NCBI GenBank assembly: GCA_030264375.1
Contig: JASCQW010000032.1
Span: 56,405,687 to 56,469,675, forward strand
Origin: Carcharhinus longimanus
Taxonomy: Eukaryota
Length of the DNA: 63,989 bases
Direction: 5' to 3'
In this document: piece by piece, positions 12,466 through 24,360 of the stretch
Numbering within the stretch: the stretch's first letter is position 1
Layout of the letters: each line of letters begins with the position of its first letter
Made by a program: the position numbers and the translations under genes
Notes under the pieces: generated by a model
The model's input: the letters and a program-made list of their open reading frames with translations, nothing else
What the model was told of the DNA's origin: nothing
The model's database searches: none

Positions 12466-12680
12466 AAAATGCTGGATAAACTCAGCAAGTCTGGCAACAT
12501 CAGGACAGAAAGAAACAGAGTTAATGTTTTGACTCTTTAGAATTCTCTGAAGAAGAAGTCATGCAGACTTGAGATGTTAACTCTGTTTCTTTCTCCACTG
12601 TTGTTTCTACCCCCGCTGAGTTTATTCAGCATTTTCTGTTCTTATTTCAGATTTCCAGCATTTGCAATATTTTGCTTTTG
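12466..12680. mobile_element. Penelope-like terminal repeat fold-back
   Basis: Inverted arms 12466-12486/12615-12635 (20/21) and 12507-12524/12577-12594 (18/18). Confidence 0.8.
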
Positions 12681-12961
12681 TATAAAAAGAGGTGCATTTC
12701 CTTTAGAACATAATTTATTTTCCTCTTGTGTGCACTCTCTCTTTCTGTCAATCAGTCTTGGTCATTTTTGTTTCTTGATTACCGCAGTGTATTTCTTTTT
12801 CATATACTTCTACTTAATTATTTTGCTTTTAACACTTTACAAAGCATTTAGCCCAAATGCCATAAACAGGGATGGATTATCCTTGCACTCCCTGTCTAAT
12901 TTTCCTGTTTATTGAATCATGGCAATACTATATGTGCCAGCCAACAAAGTGTGAAGGTATA

Positions 12962-13138
12962 ACACAGGTAGCACAGTAGTTAGCATTGCTGCTTCACAGT
13001 GCCAGGAACCCGGGTTCAATTCCTGGCTTGGGTCACTGTCTTTGTGGAGTTTGCATGTTCTCCCCGTGTCTGCATGGGTTTCCTCCGGGTGCTCCAGTTT
13101 CCTCCCACATTCTGAAAGAAAGATAAATAAATAAACTT
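12962..13138 (+). mobile_element. V-SINE (HE1-like), internally deleted
   Basis: tRNA-like head plus V-domain TGTGGAGTTTGCATGTTCTCCCCGTGTCTGC..GGTTTCCTCCGGGTGCTCC. Confidence 0.9.
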
Positions 13139-13473
13139 CGTAAATAAAGTTTAACAGTAGGAGGCCATATATCAACCAATATGCATTTTCTGTCCTTGAA
13201 ATGAACCGATTCAGTTGCAGCAGTTTTTAGTCTTCTAAGTAACTGAGTTTTATGTGACATTTATGCAGATGGAATTACAAACTCAAAGATTTCTTTTTGC
13301 TGGTATGTGTAATAAAATCATAAACCTGTTGTTTATAAATGTATTTACGACTTCACCATATTTCAGCAGAAATTTTCAACCAATATTATACTGGAGGATT
13401 TGATGAAAAAAGTTCTTCACTTTGGTGATCTTATCCTTCCAAAATAATAACATGATTAGTTTACGTAGATATT

Positions 13474-14267
13474 GGGTGGAATTTTCCCGACAATGACTGA
13501 GTGTCATTTCGGGTGAGAAGACTAGTGTGATTAAATTTTCCTATACTCTGTCATTTTTTGGCAGAGGGTGAGTTTCGCACTGGTTGAGAGAGGGGCCTAA
13601 ACACAGAGATTAGCTGCCATTTTTAAAGAACACCTCATCTCAAATTGAATTTGAGGGTTCCTCTCCCTCCCTCCACAGAAATTGGGGACCCTCCACCTTT
13701 CCCTCATTGGAGGGCTGTTTCCCCATGCTCCCACCCCAAGAAGGTATTGGGACATTGGGCTCTCCCTCCCCCGCATGACCACCCCCACCTCATCACCCAT
13801 CTTAATGGTCCCCCTCCTTCATGTTCCCCTTCATGATCACCCAGCCCCCTCAGGCACTGCCTGTAGTATCTTGGCAGTGCCAGCATGCCAGTGGGCAATG
13901 CCAGGCTGGCGCTGCCAGATAGGCAATGCCCAACCATGAACTCAACTACCGGGGATTTCAATGGCCACCAAGCCCCCCAGGCATGGCCATCACGCTTGGT
14001 TTCCGTTTATGGAGACCAGTAGTGATTCTTGCCGGCTTGGAAAATCATAGGAGCAGGGAAGACCCGGCCTCGAACGGACTCAGCACATTTAAATGCTCAT
14101 TTAAATATGCTGTGGGAACCAGATTATGTCTAGTGACGGTGGGTGGGAAGATACCAATGAGGTTTAGCGACAACACAATGCGCTAAACCACTCGCCCACG
14201 ATTCTACAGCCCTACTCGGCTCTAAAGTTTTCTCTGCCGGGCGTGACGTGGCCGGAAAATTGCGGCC
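13474..14267. mobile_element. PIF/Harbinger-type MITE
   Basis: TIRs GGGTGGAATTTTCC / GGAAAATTGCGGCC (11/14), 3-bp ATT duplication on both flanks, internal near-palindrome at 14081-14112. Confidence 0.8.
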
Positions 14268-14325
14268 ATTGTATTTGCTCAAATTCCCATTTTAGTTCCA
14301 GCATGTTCTTTCTTCTTTATAATAG

Positions 14326-14483
14326 GCACAATATCTTGAGATGCGTCAGAACTACTCTGGAGCTTTGGAAATGGTAAACCAGATAATAGTTCATTTTCCT
14401 GGCTTCCTGCCAGCTTTTGTGAAGAAGATAGAGCTCCAACTAGCCCTGCAGGATTGGGAACAGACAATTGAGACAGTACACAG
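14326..14483 (+). CDS. TTC21B: TTC21B exon 6 (158 nt)
   Basis: taatag|GCA...CAG|gtgaag; [52 protein letters not shown]; absent from the supplied ORF track. Confidence 0.95.
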
Positions 14484-15329
14484 GTGAAGAAGCCAACTTC
14501 ATACGAAAGTAACCTTTTAAAATCTTGTCTGTGAGTGAATGATTATGTCAGACCAGAACATTGTATTGGAATGGCATGTTGCACAGCCTACTTACAGTAA
14601 AGATGAAATTTCAATCTGTACCTACATTACAGTAAATAAGTTCAAGGCAGTATCTATGGAGTATGATCACAGTAGTTCCACGCATGTATCTCGTACGTTT
14701 TTAAAGAAGCTTATAAGAAAATTGCTGTTTTCTAACATTAAAAATACAAGTTAACGTAGTGTCCAGAAAGATCATTGGATGAATTCACAGAGGGTTGAAG
14801 TGATAATACACCTGGTTAAAGTTCAGATGAATTTCTGGAAAGATGATCATGAAATGGGTGGCATAGCACCACTTAATGTGCTCTGGAATCGAATCAAATT
14901 GTACATTGCTCCAGATATATACTTGCATTAACTATGCACAAACACTTGATGGCAGAGAGAAAAACCACGACTGTATCACTGCACCCATAGTTACTAAGGT
15001 AAGCAGAATCATGAAATTATAAAATAAATCTACCATTATAGTAGCATTTCCATTTTTGACTGCCAGCTTTCATTTTCAAGCAAATGTCCTGTTGGTTATC
15101 TCTCCTCACTCATTAATTCATGGATTATTACTCCTCAGCGTTGAATGGCACTCAGAGGAAGCAGAGGGAAGGAAGCAAGGAAACAGATTGTACTTTGATT
15201 GGGGAGCTTCAATTTTTATCACATGTGGCTCCCCATCACAATCTGCAACTTTATGGCCTAGCCATCTTTTATTACAACATTGGGCTACCTGAATGCTAAA
15301 TACAAAAGACAGCAGATTATAGACCACAA

Positions 15330-15960
15330 TGAACAGATCAACCCTGCAGTCTTACCATACCCAGTTGAAATCAGTGATTGGCAACTAACAAGGCAAAGGA
15401 ACCGTGCACCCACAATTGTAGTAGAACCCAATACATGAGCAAAAGAGATGGGTCCGAAGTATTTTCAAACATATTCAGCTCAAAAATGTTAAGAGCGCCC
15501 CCTCACTTAGCCAACCCTGTGCTCCCTACCATTATAAATATCAGTGCCCAGCTAGTCTGACTTATTTTCATCTGATATAAGAAATGGCTGAGTGCATTGG
15601 ATGCATCTTGACCCTGCCAACATCCTGATTGTAGTGCTGTGTACAGGAGCTAGCAGCCTCTCCACTCAAGCTATTCTAGTGGCAATTGTGTTACAGTGTA
15701 GAAAATTGGCAACAATTTGACTACTCAATATTCAGGAAATTGATGGATGATGCTACCAACATCAGACAACACTACCTCCTTAATAATCCGCTCACTGACA
15801 CTATGACCATTCAGCTCCAGATGACATCACAGCCTTAATTCAAACACAATTGCTGAAAATCAGAGGAGAGGTGAGAGATGTTGCCTTTATGAAGACAGCA
15901 TTTACTTGAGAAAGATACCAAGGAGTCCCAGCAAAGCTGAAATGAATGGGAATCTCTTAA
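15330..15960 (+). mobile_element. Old CR1-clade LINE RT fragment
   Basis: Degenerate IRKWLSALD...PANI..V..LFK-type stretch; heavily decayed. Confidence 0.5.
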
Positions 15961-16461
15961 GTTTAAGAACCCTTAGGGGTGGAATCCAACTCAGATGAGG
16001 GTAGATACTCATGGAGGTCTTGCTGTTGATTTTGCATTGTTCTTCACCATTGCGCAGTATACACCCCATGCCAACCAAAAAAACAAAAATAATTGGAAAA
16101 CACAATATTGTTGCCCTCCCATTTGCACTTTGTTTTATTGATAGAACGGGTATGCATGTTGTGAATTTAACTTATTTATCTGATAAAGATATTTTCAACA
16201 TGTTTCTTTTTTCACTGTTACAAGGAAATACAAGTTAGCTTGTCTTAACATTATGTTAAATGTTTTGTGCAATACAATTCCTTAAATTCTGAGACAAATT
16301 AAAAATATGTATATTTTCCAAAAACAAAATTCAGTACCATTGAAGTTTCTCATTAAATAGAATGTATTTAATTTATCTGGTATAATTTAGAGATTAAGAT
16401 CCCATTCATTTGCATGTAATTTAGTACAATAATTTAACATTTATTCTAAAATCTATCACAG

Positions 16462-16546
16462 ACTCCTACAGAAAGACAGTCATAATTTTGAAGGTTTAAG
16501 GATGCTGGCCCTCCATTCTTTATGCAGAGAGGGAAATATTAAGGAG
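16462..16546 (+). CDS. TTC21B: TTC21B exon 7 (85 nt)
   Basis: tcacag|A...GAG|gtaagg; (R)LLQKDSHNFEGLRMLALHSLCREGNIKE. Confidence 0.93.
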
Positions 16547-17148
16547 GTAAGGAAAAAGTTATAATGGAGCACTAATTAACAAGTGATCTATTACTTCTAA
16601 TGTCAGCCCTCACCATACTCAACCCCTAGTCAGTAGTGGTAAAGTTTTCTTAAATTTGTTTATGGGTATTACTTGTAACAATGTTCTAAGCCCAATGTTC
16701 TCATACTTCTGCCTCCTTCAACAAATAGTTCAGGAGATACTAAGATCTGTGTCATATAAAATCACGTGCTAGTTTGTAATATTGTTCTTGTACTGTATCG
16801 GAATTAAAACCTTCTGTAGAAATTTCTGAACTCTTAAATTGTAGATGTGCTAGATACTCTGTCTGGAGTAAGGATTATCAGGTTGCTTGATGTGCCCCTT
16901 CAACTCAAAATTAAAATTTACAACAGTTTCAAGATAACTATCCATGATATCTGTATTAAGGACCTATAAAAATCAGAATTTAAACGTGTACTGTTGTCTT
17001 TTTTGTAAGGAGAGCAGAGGTAATTAAAGCAACGTTTAACAAATATACTTAAGTTTCGCAACTAATAATACATAGGTAATGATTTGTTAAGGTGTACCAT
17101 TCAAAGTCTGCAAAGTGGAATCCATATTAGTTTTCGACATCTTTCTAG

Positions 17149-17247
17149 GCCGGCACTAGACTTGGTGATCTGATCAGTGTACTGGACCGTTTTGAGCCAC
17201 ATAATCCTGATCTCTTTTATAAAATGGCATTGGCCTTCAGTAGGATG
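17149..17247 (+). CDS. TTC21B: TTC21B exon 8 (99 nt)
   Basis: ttctag|GCC...ATG|gtaagt; AGTRLGDLISVLDRFEPHNPDLFYKMALAFSRM. Confidence 0.93.
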
Positions 17248-17751
17248 GTAAGTTTGTTAAAATAATTTGAAACAAAAATATTTTTCCCAGCAGCTTAGGC
17301 AAGTTGATTCAGTGAGTAACGGAGTTGTACAAATTATACAGTGTCCAAATATGATACTAATTTATGCTGAATCAGTTAATCACTGTCAAAGTGGAAGTAA
17401 GAGTCCATCAACGCTTCTCTGGAACCTTGAGTTAGAGAATGGGATGTTGGGCAATGTTCTTACTTCTCACCAATATCCACAAGCTCTCTGAATGTTGAAA
17501 AGTTCAGGCTTCACTATAATTCCCTACATGAGTAGATTGCTTGGTTATAATATTGACAAAAATATTGGCCCCTTCAGGGTATCTTCCAGGGTGAGTGTGA
17601 AATAAAATAGAACAAGTGTTTAATTCTTTTACAAAAAGGAGCTGATGTTTTATTAATTTTCATCTCTTTATTCTATCCATTCATCACCTTTTTAAATGTA
17701 TTTGCTAATTATGTTTCCAATGTCTTTCTTGATTATTCACTGTTGCATTAT

Positions 17752-17870
17752 GGCCAGAATTCTCCAACCTCACTTGTGGCTGGGATTCTCCAGTCCCACT
17801 GCAGTGAATTGAGTTTTGGCTGAGCACCAAATTCTCCATTTTCGTTGGCAGCTGTGGCAAGACAAATGTG
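17752..17870. mobile_element. Small Harbinger-type MITE, partial
   Basis: Reverse-complement similarity to 40173-40309 (ggattctcc..ctgcagtgaa..ccaaattctc). Confidence 0.65.
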
Positions 17871-17884
17871 ATTCATTATACGTA

Positions 17885-18590
17885 TTACAAAAACACCACG
17901 GATGCTGAAATTTTGAACATAAAACCTGACTTAATATGAAATAAGCAAATTCTATAAATGTGTCAGGCAGTACCTATGGAGAGAGAAAGAGTGTTAATGT
18001 TTCATGTTGCTGATCTTCTGAGATAGGTTATAATGACTGAGGGGAACAGAGAAATTAAGATAGCCAATGTCACACTGGCAGTTCTCAATGAATAGATTTA
18101 GGGAGGGTAAAAGTGCAAATGGAACGGTCCACATGGAAAGGTGAATTCTGAAGGAGAAAGGGTGGGTCTTTTGACCATGGGAGTGGGAGCAGAGGCAAAG
18201 ACACCAGGAAAGAGTGCTAAGTATTATGCTGAGATCTAAATTTATTGAAGCAGTGTGGTTATGAACTGATTGTTCAACATCAGAAGGGATTGTGACCAAG
18301 CAGCAAGGAGTGAAATTGGAGGGAGGAATGAGGTTTGAGGAAAGTGAAGGGGAGGAAGGATCTGGAGGGGCATTGGTATCCACAAGTTGGTGAACTTTGT
18401 GATCCTTGACACCTGAAAGGAAGGAAAATGTTTTTTTGAAACACTAAATGAGGCAAAGGATGAAATTGAACTGCAGACCAAGGCCAGCTTTTAATGCTAT
18501 TGAAGAGAGGTTCATCAACCTGAAATGTTAATTCTTTGCTCTTGCCTCGGATCATGCTATATCGGTTGAATATTTCCAGCATCTTTTAGA
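17885..18590 (-). mobile_element. Penelope-like element fragment between inverted terminal repeats
   Basis: LPSLNLFIENCQCDIGYLNFSVPLSHYNLS (PLE ORF N-terminal region); terminal repeat on - at about 17885-18010 and on + at about 18495-18590. Confidence 0.65.
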
Positions 18591-18744
18591 AGTATAGAGT
18601 GACATTAGCAGAATTACTATACATTTTGTGTGGCTTGTGTTACTGATTTCTGTTTGGTTACTGATAAAAAAATACATTGTGGGCTTTACTGAAAAGGGAC
18701 AAGGGGGTAAATGGACTGAGCTTCCTGGACCCATTAGAGAAAAT

Positions 18745-19420
18745 GCTGGAAAATCTCAGCAAGTCTGGCAGCATCTGTAAGGAGAGAAAAGAGCTGATGT
18801 ATCGAGTCCAAGTGACCCTTTTTCGAAGCTAAAAGGCATAGAAAGTGGGAAACATTTATACGTAGGGCGAGCAAATGAAAGATGAGTCATAGCCACGAAA
18901 ACAAGGGGAAAGGTTGTTAATGGCAATCTACAGAGAGAATAGAAAGTGTGAATGGCTAAATGGCGGAGAAGCTGAAATGAGAGGGTAAGCTGTGATAGAT
19001 GAAGATGTGGGGGAGGGGGAAGGTGGGTGGAAGAGTGGTCAAATTGAGGCAAAAGAGGGAGAAAAGGCAAGGAAAGAGGGGATAAAATAGGGAGAAAGTG
19101 TTGGGGGGGGAAGAAAAGTAAAAGGCAATAAAGAAATAAAAGGTAGAGAACAGTTAAAAATTAAATAAAGTGAAAACAAAGGGATTGAGGTGGGGTGGAG
19201 CTAATCATCTGAAGTTGTTGAACTCCGTGTTGAGACCGGAAGGCTGCAATGTGCCTAGCCAAAAGATGGGATGCTGTTCTTCCAGGTTGTGTTGAGCTTC
19301 ACTGGAATTTTGCAGCAAGCCAAGGACAGACATGTAGGCATGGGAGCAGGATCGTGTGTTAAAATGGCAAGTGACAGGAAGATCAGAGTCCTGATTGTGC
19401 ACAGACTGAAGGTGGTCCAC
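18745..19420 (-). mobile_element. Penelope-like element 3' part
   Basis: GIY-YIG C-terminus HLQSVH..PVTCHFN...EEQHPIFWLGTLQPSGLNTEF plus terminal repeat. Confidence 0.85.
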
Positions 19421-19639
19421 CCGTTGAGTTTCCTGGGCATTTGGAAACCTGGCAACTGCAGCAAAATGAGGACAGCCTCAAACCGGTTTAAAGGAATAGG
19501 GAGGGACTCGGCTATGAAGAATTTGTAAATGGGAATAATTCGAATTTAGTACGAAAGGCCACAGGAAGCTGGTGTGTATCCCCAAGGCCAAAGGTGATTG
19601 GCTAAAACTTGCTAAGACAGAATAGGGATAGTTTTAATT

Positions 19640-19860
19640 TAAACAAGTTGGAGCTAATGGGGCAGGGTGCGAGACCAGGAAAGAGGGCATTGAAATAATC
19701 ACATTTAGAGGAGACAAAGATTGACTGACTTTTAGTAGCATTGAGATTGAAATGGAGCAGGTAATATTCAAATGGAATTGGGCAATCTTCATGATAGATG
19801 GAATGTGGGTATTAAAGCTTATTTTAGGATCAAACAGGAAGCAGATTTGAGTAAGGTCTA
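19640..19860 (-). mobile_element. L2 LINE RT fragment
   Basis: LFDPKISFNTHIPSIMKIAQFHLNI resembles the L2 RT C-terminal motif. Confidence 0.65.
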
Positions 19861-19934
19861 GTTGAGTCTGAATGCATGGTGGAAGGAATCGGCAGGACGG
19901 GAGCCAAAAACTACACTTTCGGTCTCGATTTTCA

Positions 19935-20050
19935 GTTTGACAAAGGGTCATCTGGATTCGAAACATCAGGTCTTTTCTCTCCTTACTGATGCTGTCAGCG
20001 TTTTGCCTTTTGGTTTTTGATTCCATCATCTGCAGTAATTTGCTTTCATT
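19935..20050 (+). mobile_element. Penelope-like terminal repeat
   Basis: Reverse complement of 18770-18830 (cttttctctccttac..gatgctg). Confidence 0.7.
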
Positions 20051-20742
20051 TTTCACACTTTTGGTCTTCCCAAAGTGAAGTTCAAGATGGAGCTCGTTCA
20101 TGATTTGAGGTGCAGAAAACAATTTGAAAGCTTGGAGATGTTTTATCTAAATAGCTGATGAAGGTTTGAGTGTTTTCAGCATTTTTGTGACAATTGAATG
20201 CTATCTATCCAATTAACCTTGGACCTATCATTTATTATTTACTGTATGGGTAAAAGCATGTTGGCCCAGAAAATCCCATTGTGTGGGATCGCACCAGCTA
20301 GTAATCTGCATTGATGACCATGTAGGAACATGAAGTCAGTGGGAAGTCATCTAAATGCAGGTGCCTAAGCTGTTATTGAAGCATTGCTGTATTACGTGCC
20401 CTGAATGGTTGCATAATACATCCTTGATATTCATATTGTGTCCCTGCGCTAACCACTGCAAGACCAAGATCTTGGGAACTCTTAATTAAGAATTTCTGTC
20501 AGTTGTAAACTTCCTTGAAAACTTCCAGCACAAGCTGAAATCTAGCATATGCACTCCCATCAGATTTATGGTGGTGCCATTAGTATGCCAAAAGAGCTGG
20601 TGATATTCTGCCTCTTTGTGCTTCTTTTGCTTACATGCTTGCCAAAGTAAGTTTACCTTAGAGTGTAAGGAACTTCAGTAACTGAAATATTTTAGTTATA
20701 ACTTGCTTTGGTGTAAATCATCACTCATGCGTGTTAATACAG

Positions 20743-20935
20743 TGCGGACGGAACCCGATTGTCCTTCAGCAGACCTATACCTTGGTTGAAAGGGCATTCA
20801 GCATATCTTCACGCAATGCAGAGTTTGCAAATGAACTTGGCTATCAGATGGTATTACAAGGAAAAGTAAAAGACGCTGTTAGATGGTACAAGACTGCAAT
20901 GTCACTGGATGAATCTAGTGTCCCTGCATTAACTG
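20743..20935 (+). CDS. TTC21B: TTC21B exon 9 (193 nt)
   Basis: atacag|TGC...ACTG|gtatga; [19 protein letters not shown]...[10 protein letters not shown]...SVPALT. Confidence 0.95.
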
Positions 20936-21141
20936 GTATGACAATTTTAATTACATCCTTCAAGGAAATCCTTTGTCTGTTCCCTTTGTATAGTGAAAGA
21001 TTGTTACTAACCTTGGCTGCTCTGATGTAATAATGGCTATGCAACTTGTTCCCCTCAGGCTCCAAGAATAGATTTCAAAATCCATGCCTTCCCAGTGATG
21101 GGGCTATAATTCTTCATTATTACCCCTATCTTTTTTTTTAA

Positions 21142-21420
21142 AGTTAGATTTATTTATTTGTCACGTGTAAGGCTTACATTAACACTGCAATGAAGTTACT
21201 GTGAAATTCCCTCACTCGCCACACTCCAGCGTCTGTTCAGGTCAATGCACCTAACCAGCACATCTTTCAAACCGTGGGAGGAAACCAGACACCCGGAGAA
21301 AATCCACGCAGATGGGGAGAACATGCAAACTCCACATAGACAGTGACCCAAGCCAGAAATCAAACCTGGGTCGCTGGAGCGGTGAGGCAGCAGTGCCAAC
21401 CACTGTGCCACCATGCTGCC
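21142..21420 (-). mobile_element. V-SINE, near full length
   Basis: tRNA head, V-domain and ..GTAACTTCATTGCAGTGTTAATGTAAGCC tail shared with the 60915 copy. Confidence 0.9.
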
Positions 21421-22989
21421 GAACCCAAGTTTCTAAGTTTCTTGCCAATAGTTTGCAGTGTAAATTTTATTCTTAGTTCTCGATGGCCTGTTTTCTTATT
21501 CCTTTTCCAGCCAAGTAACTTCTAATCCCCAAAGTTACTTTCATGATAAGGCTTACCCTGAAGATTCTGCCCTCTAGCCAAAGCTAGGCAAATCTTCCTG
21601 CTCTTGTTTAACTTCTCGTGAGCATTTGAGTTTCCACCCACAGTCTGTATGGTTAAATGTAAAGTCTGGCTACCTCTATCTCTCTGCCATCCTCTCAGAT
21701 TGACTCAGATGTAGACAGATCTGCCTCTGTCAAATTTAGTGATATCTTAGAAATCCCTGTATGCCAATACCACAATGGCTTGTTATGGACTCTTTGCCTC
21801 TCAAAATCCATCTCTGTGGCAACGTGAATCACATAGGCCATATATACAGATAAAAGTGCTAATTAGCTATTCTCTAAATGCTTCAACATCATTCTATCTT
21901 GGATAGACAGTGTAAAGTTTAACCATTGACAAAACTTCTCATTTGAAACACTTCCCTTTGGGAAACCAACATTCTACCTATTATCAGTACAGGTGCCTCT
22001 GCCATTGTCTGCAGATGTAAACATCTTGCGTCTTCTTCCCAGTAAGATAACCTGCGCCACCCTTAACCTTCAATAATCAAGCTATCCAAGCTTGATGTTG
22101 GGTAGGATTCAGAGTNNNNNNNNNNNNNNNNNNNNNNNNNNNNNCTTAATTAAGGAGACAGTCCCAAAACATAACAATCTTATAAACCCATCTGTGTATT
22201 TGTAACAGTTCCTCCACTGCCACTTTCAAACAACATCACTGATGTTTCTGCCTCCCTGATTGATTCATTGCTCAAACACTAAGATCATACTTCACCTCAG
22301 TACATCGGCCCATGTACTCACGGCTGTGCAATTTTGCCAAATTCAACATTTATCATCTAAAGAAACATCGTAACTATTATCACAAACAAGGCAGGAAGGG
22401 TATAGACCATGAAGGTCAGCGGTGCAAGTCCCAGCGTCATTTAGGTAGACTTTCAACACCAGCCAAGTATACAATCCTGAACTCGTAACTGGCTGCCAGC
22501 CATGTACCATAATTTCTTCCACTGCTAAGTGACCCTGACATCTTGGGTCATCCCTATGAGCCACATCCACAACCTCCTTTAACTATCTCTAGTCTTTAGC
22601 CCTCCTTCAGTTGCTATCAGGACTTGAACTATTGCCAGGCTTTTTTTTTTCTCCGTCTTAAACCACTGCTGGTTACATCTAAAAATCTAATCACTTCAAA
22701 AACCACAAGTTTTCAATTAAGCCCCACATCTTGTTTGCCATGCTAATGAACTACTGCAAGCATTCAAGTTATCTGGTTTCTAATTATTGGCCGAAGCGTC
22801 CACATTGATCTCAGGCACATTTTGACAACTGCGCAGAACACAACCTCTCTCCCCAATTCCTGTTGAACTTCCAATTGTGCTGTGCGCTTTTCCACTTCCC
22901 CGACCCATTATTATTATGACCACATCACTAGTGCCCAAAATGGAATTTATATAACCAGTGATTACTCCCACAGGGACTTATGAAGGCTT

Positions 22990-23100
22990 TTTTCCCCCAA
23001 TCTTCACTAGATACAAGTGAGGGATCAGAGGACTGGAGGTCTGCGCATGTCATACCATTATTTAAAAAGGATGCAAGGAATAGGTCAGAAGACTATAGAC
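22990..23100 (+). mobile_element. CR1 RT internal fragment
   Basis: SLDTSEGSEDWRSAHVIPLFKKDARNRSEDYR. Confidence 0.8.
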
Positions 23101-23664
23101 TCCTGGAAGCTGTCCATTCAGGAAAACAGAAAACTAAACCAGCTGAGAAGAAGACCCAGAGAAAGGAAAGGCTGAGAATCCAACATATTCTCAGCTCGCT
23201 GCTTTCATCTACAGTTGTGGTAGAGACAGCTATGTCACCATGGAGCAACAGACCCATGTATTTAACACAGAGTTGACCACCAATATGTCAGATTTAAGGC
23301 AGTTAGGATAATTACTCCACAAATTACAAACCATTTAGTATGGCTTGATCAGCACCATCTTCACCCTTCCAAAGTACCTTATATCCGAACGCTTTTTGTT
23401 CTTCATTATTTCAGCCTTCTAAACATTTCTGTTTTCGTCTTTACCTCCTTCTTAGAATGTGCTGTTTACAGTTTGTCTGTAAAGTGTCTTGAGGCATTCT
23501 GTATTTGTGGAATAATATCGAGTGTAAATTACTGTTGTTGATTTTAATGCAAATATATTCAGAAGATTGCCCAAAATGTTTTGTTCAATAGATATATAGT
23601 ATAAATATGTAGAAATTTTTTTTATGAATGGTATATTAAGTTTGGATGTCTTTTGTAACTTAAG

Positions 23665-23762
23665 GTATTATAAGATGCCAACTAATTGAAGGACAACTAG
23701 AAGATGCAGAGCAACAATTGGAATTCCTGAATGAAATCCAACAATCTATTGGAAAATCTGGG
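23665..23762 (+). CDS. TTC21B: TTC21B exon 10 (98 nt)
   Basis: cttaag|GT...GGG|gtaatt; (G)[32 protein letters not shown]. Confidence 0.95.
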
Positions 23763-24102
23763 GTAATTATTTCTTTGTTCTTGCCATTAATTTCAATTGT
23801 ACTTAACCTCTTAAATCTAACCAATCCTTCATTCTTCTACCCTGCTTGTCGTTTCATTGATGTGCATCAGACACATGACACCGTAAATGTGGATGTACAG
23901 TAAGTTAACCAGTCAAAAGCTCTACTGTCCTGATCGAACTGACTTGCTTATTCAGGGTGGACAAATTATCACAACTTGCCAGCTGAAGGCCACCTTACCT
24001 GCATGTGCGGTTAAAACAGTGGGTTCAAATCTCTCATGCTACAAAAAACTGTGATCGATGACACGAATTCCTGAAACCTAGATCTGTTGATTTAACTGCA
24101 TA

Positions 24103-24360
24103 TTGGTACACTTTGGTAGGAAGAATGGTAGGAAGGACTATTACTTACGTGGCGAAAAACTGCAGCAGGCGACGGTGCAGAGGGANNNNNNNNNNNNNNN
24201 NNNNNNNNNNNNNNNNNNNNNNNNNNNNNNNNNNNNNNNNNNNNNNNNNNNNNNNNNNNNNNNNNNNNNNNNNNNNNNNNNNNNNTGTGATGTGCTCCTT
24301 TACTAACAACGCCACCCCACCACCTCTCTTCAACCCTCCTCTGTCACACCTAAAACACTT
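24103..24360. mobile_element. CR1 fragments in opposite orientation on either side of a 100-N gap
   Basis: + strand VHFGRKN..YYL; - strand FRCDRGGLKRGGGVALLVKEHIT (endonuclease). Confidence 0.8.

Noticed and set aside
24103-24360. CR1 5' inversion
   Set aside because: The opposite-strand pieces are separated by a 100-N gap of unknown size, so the structure cannot be judged.
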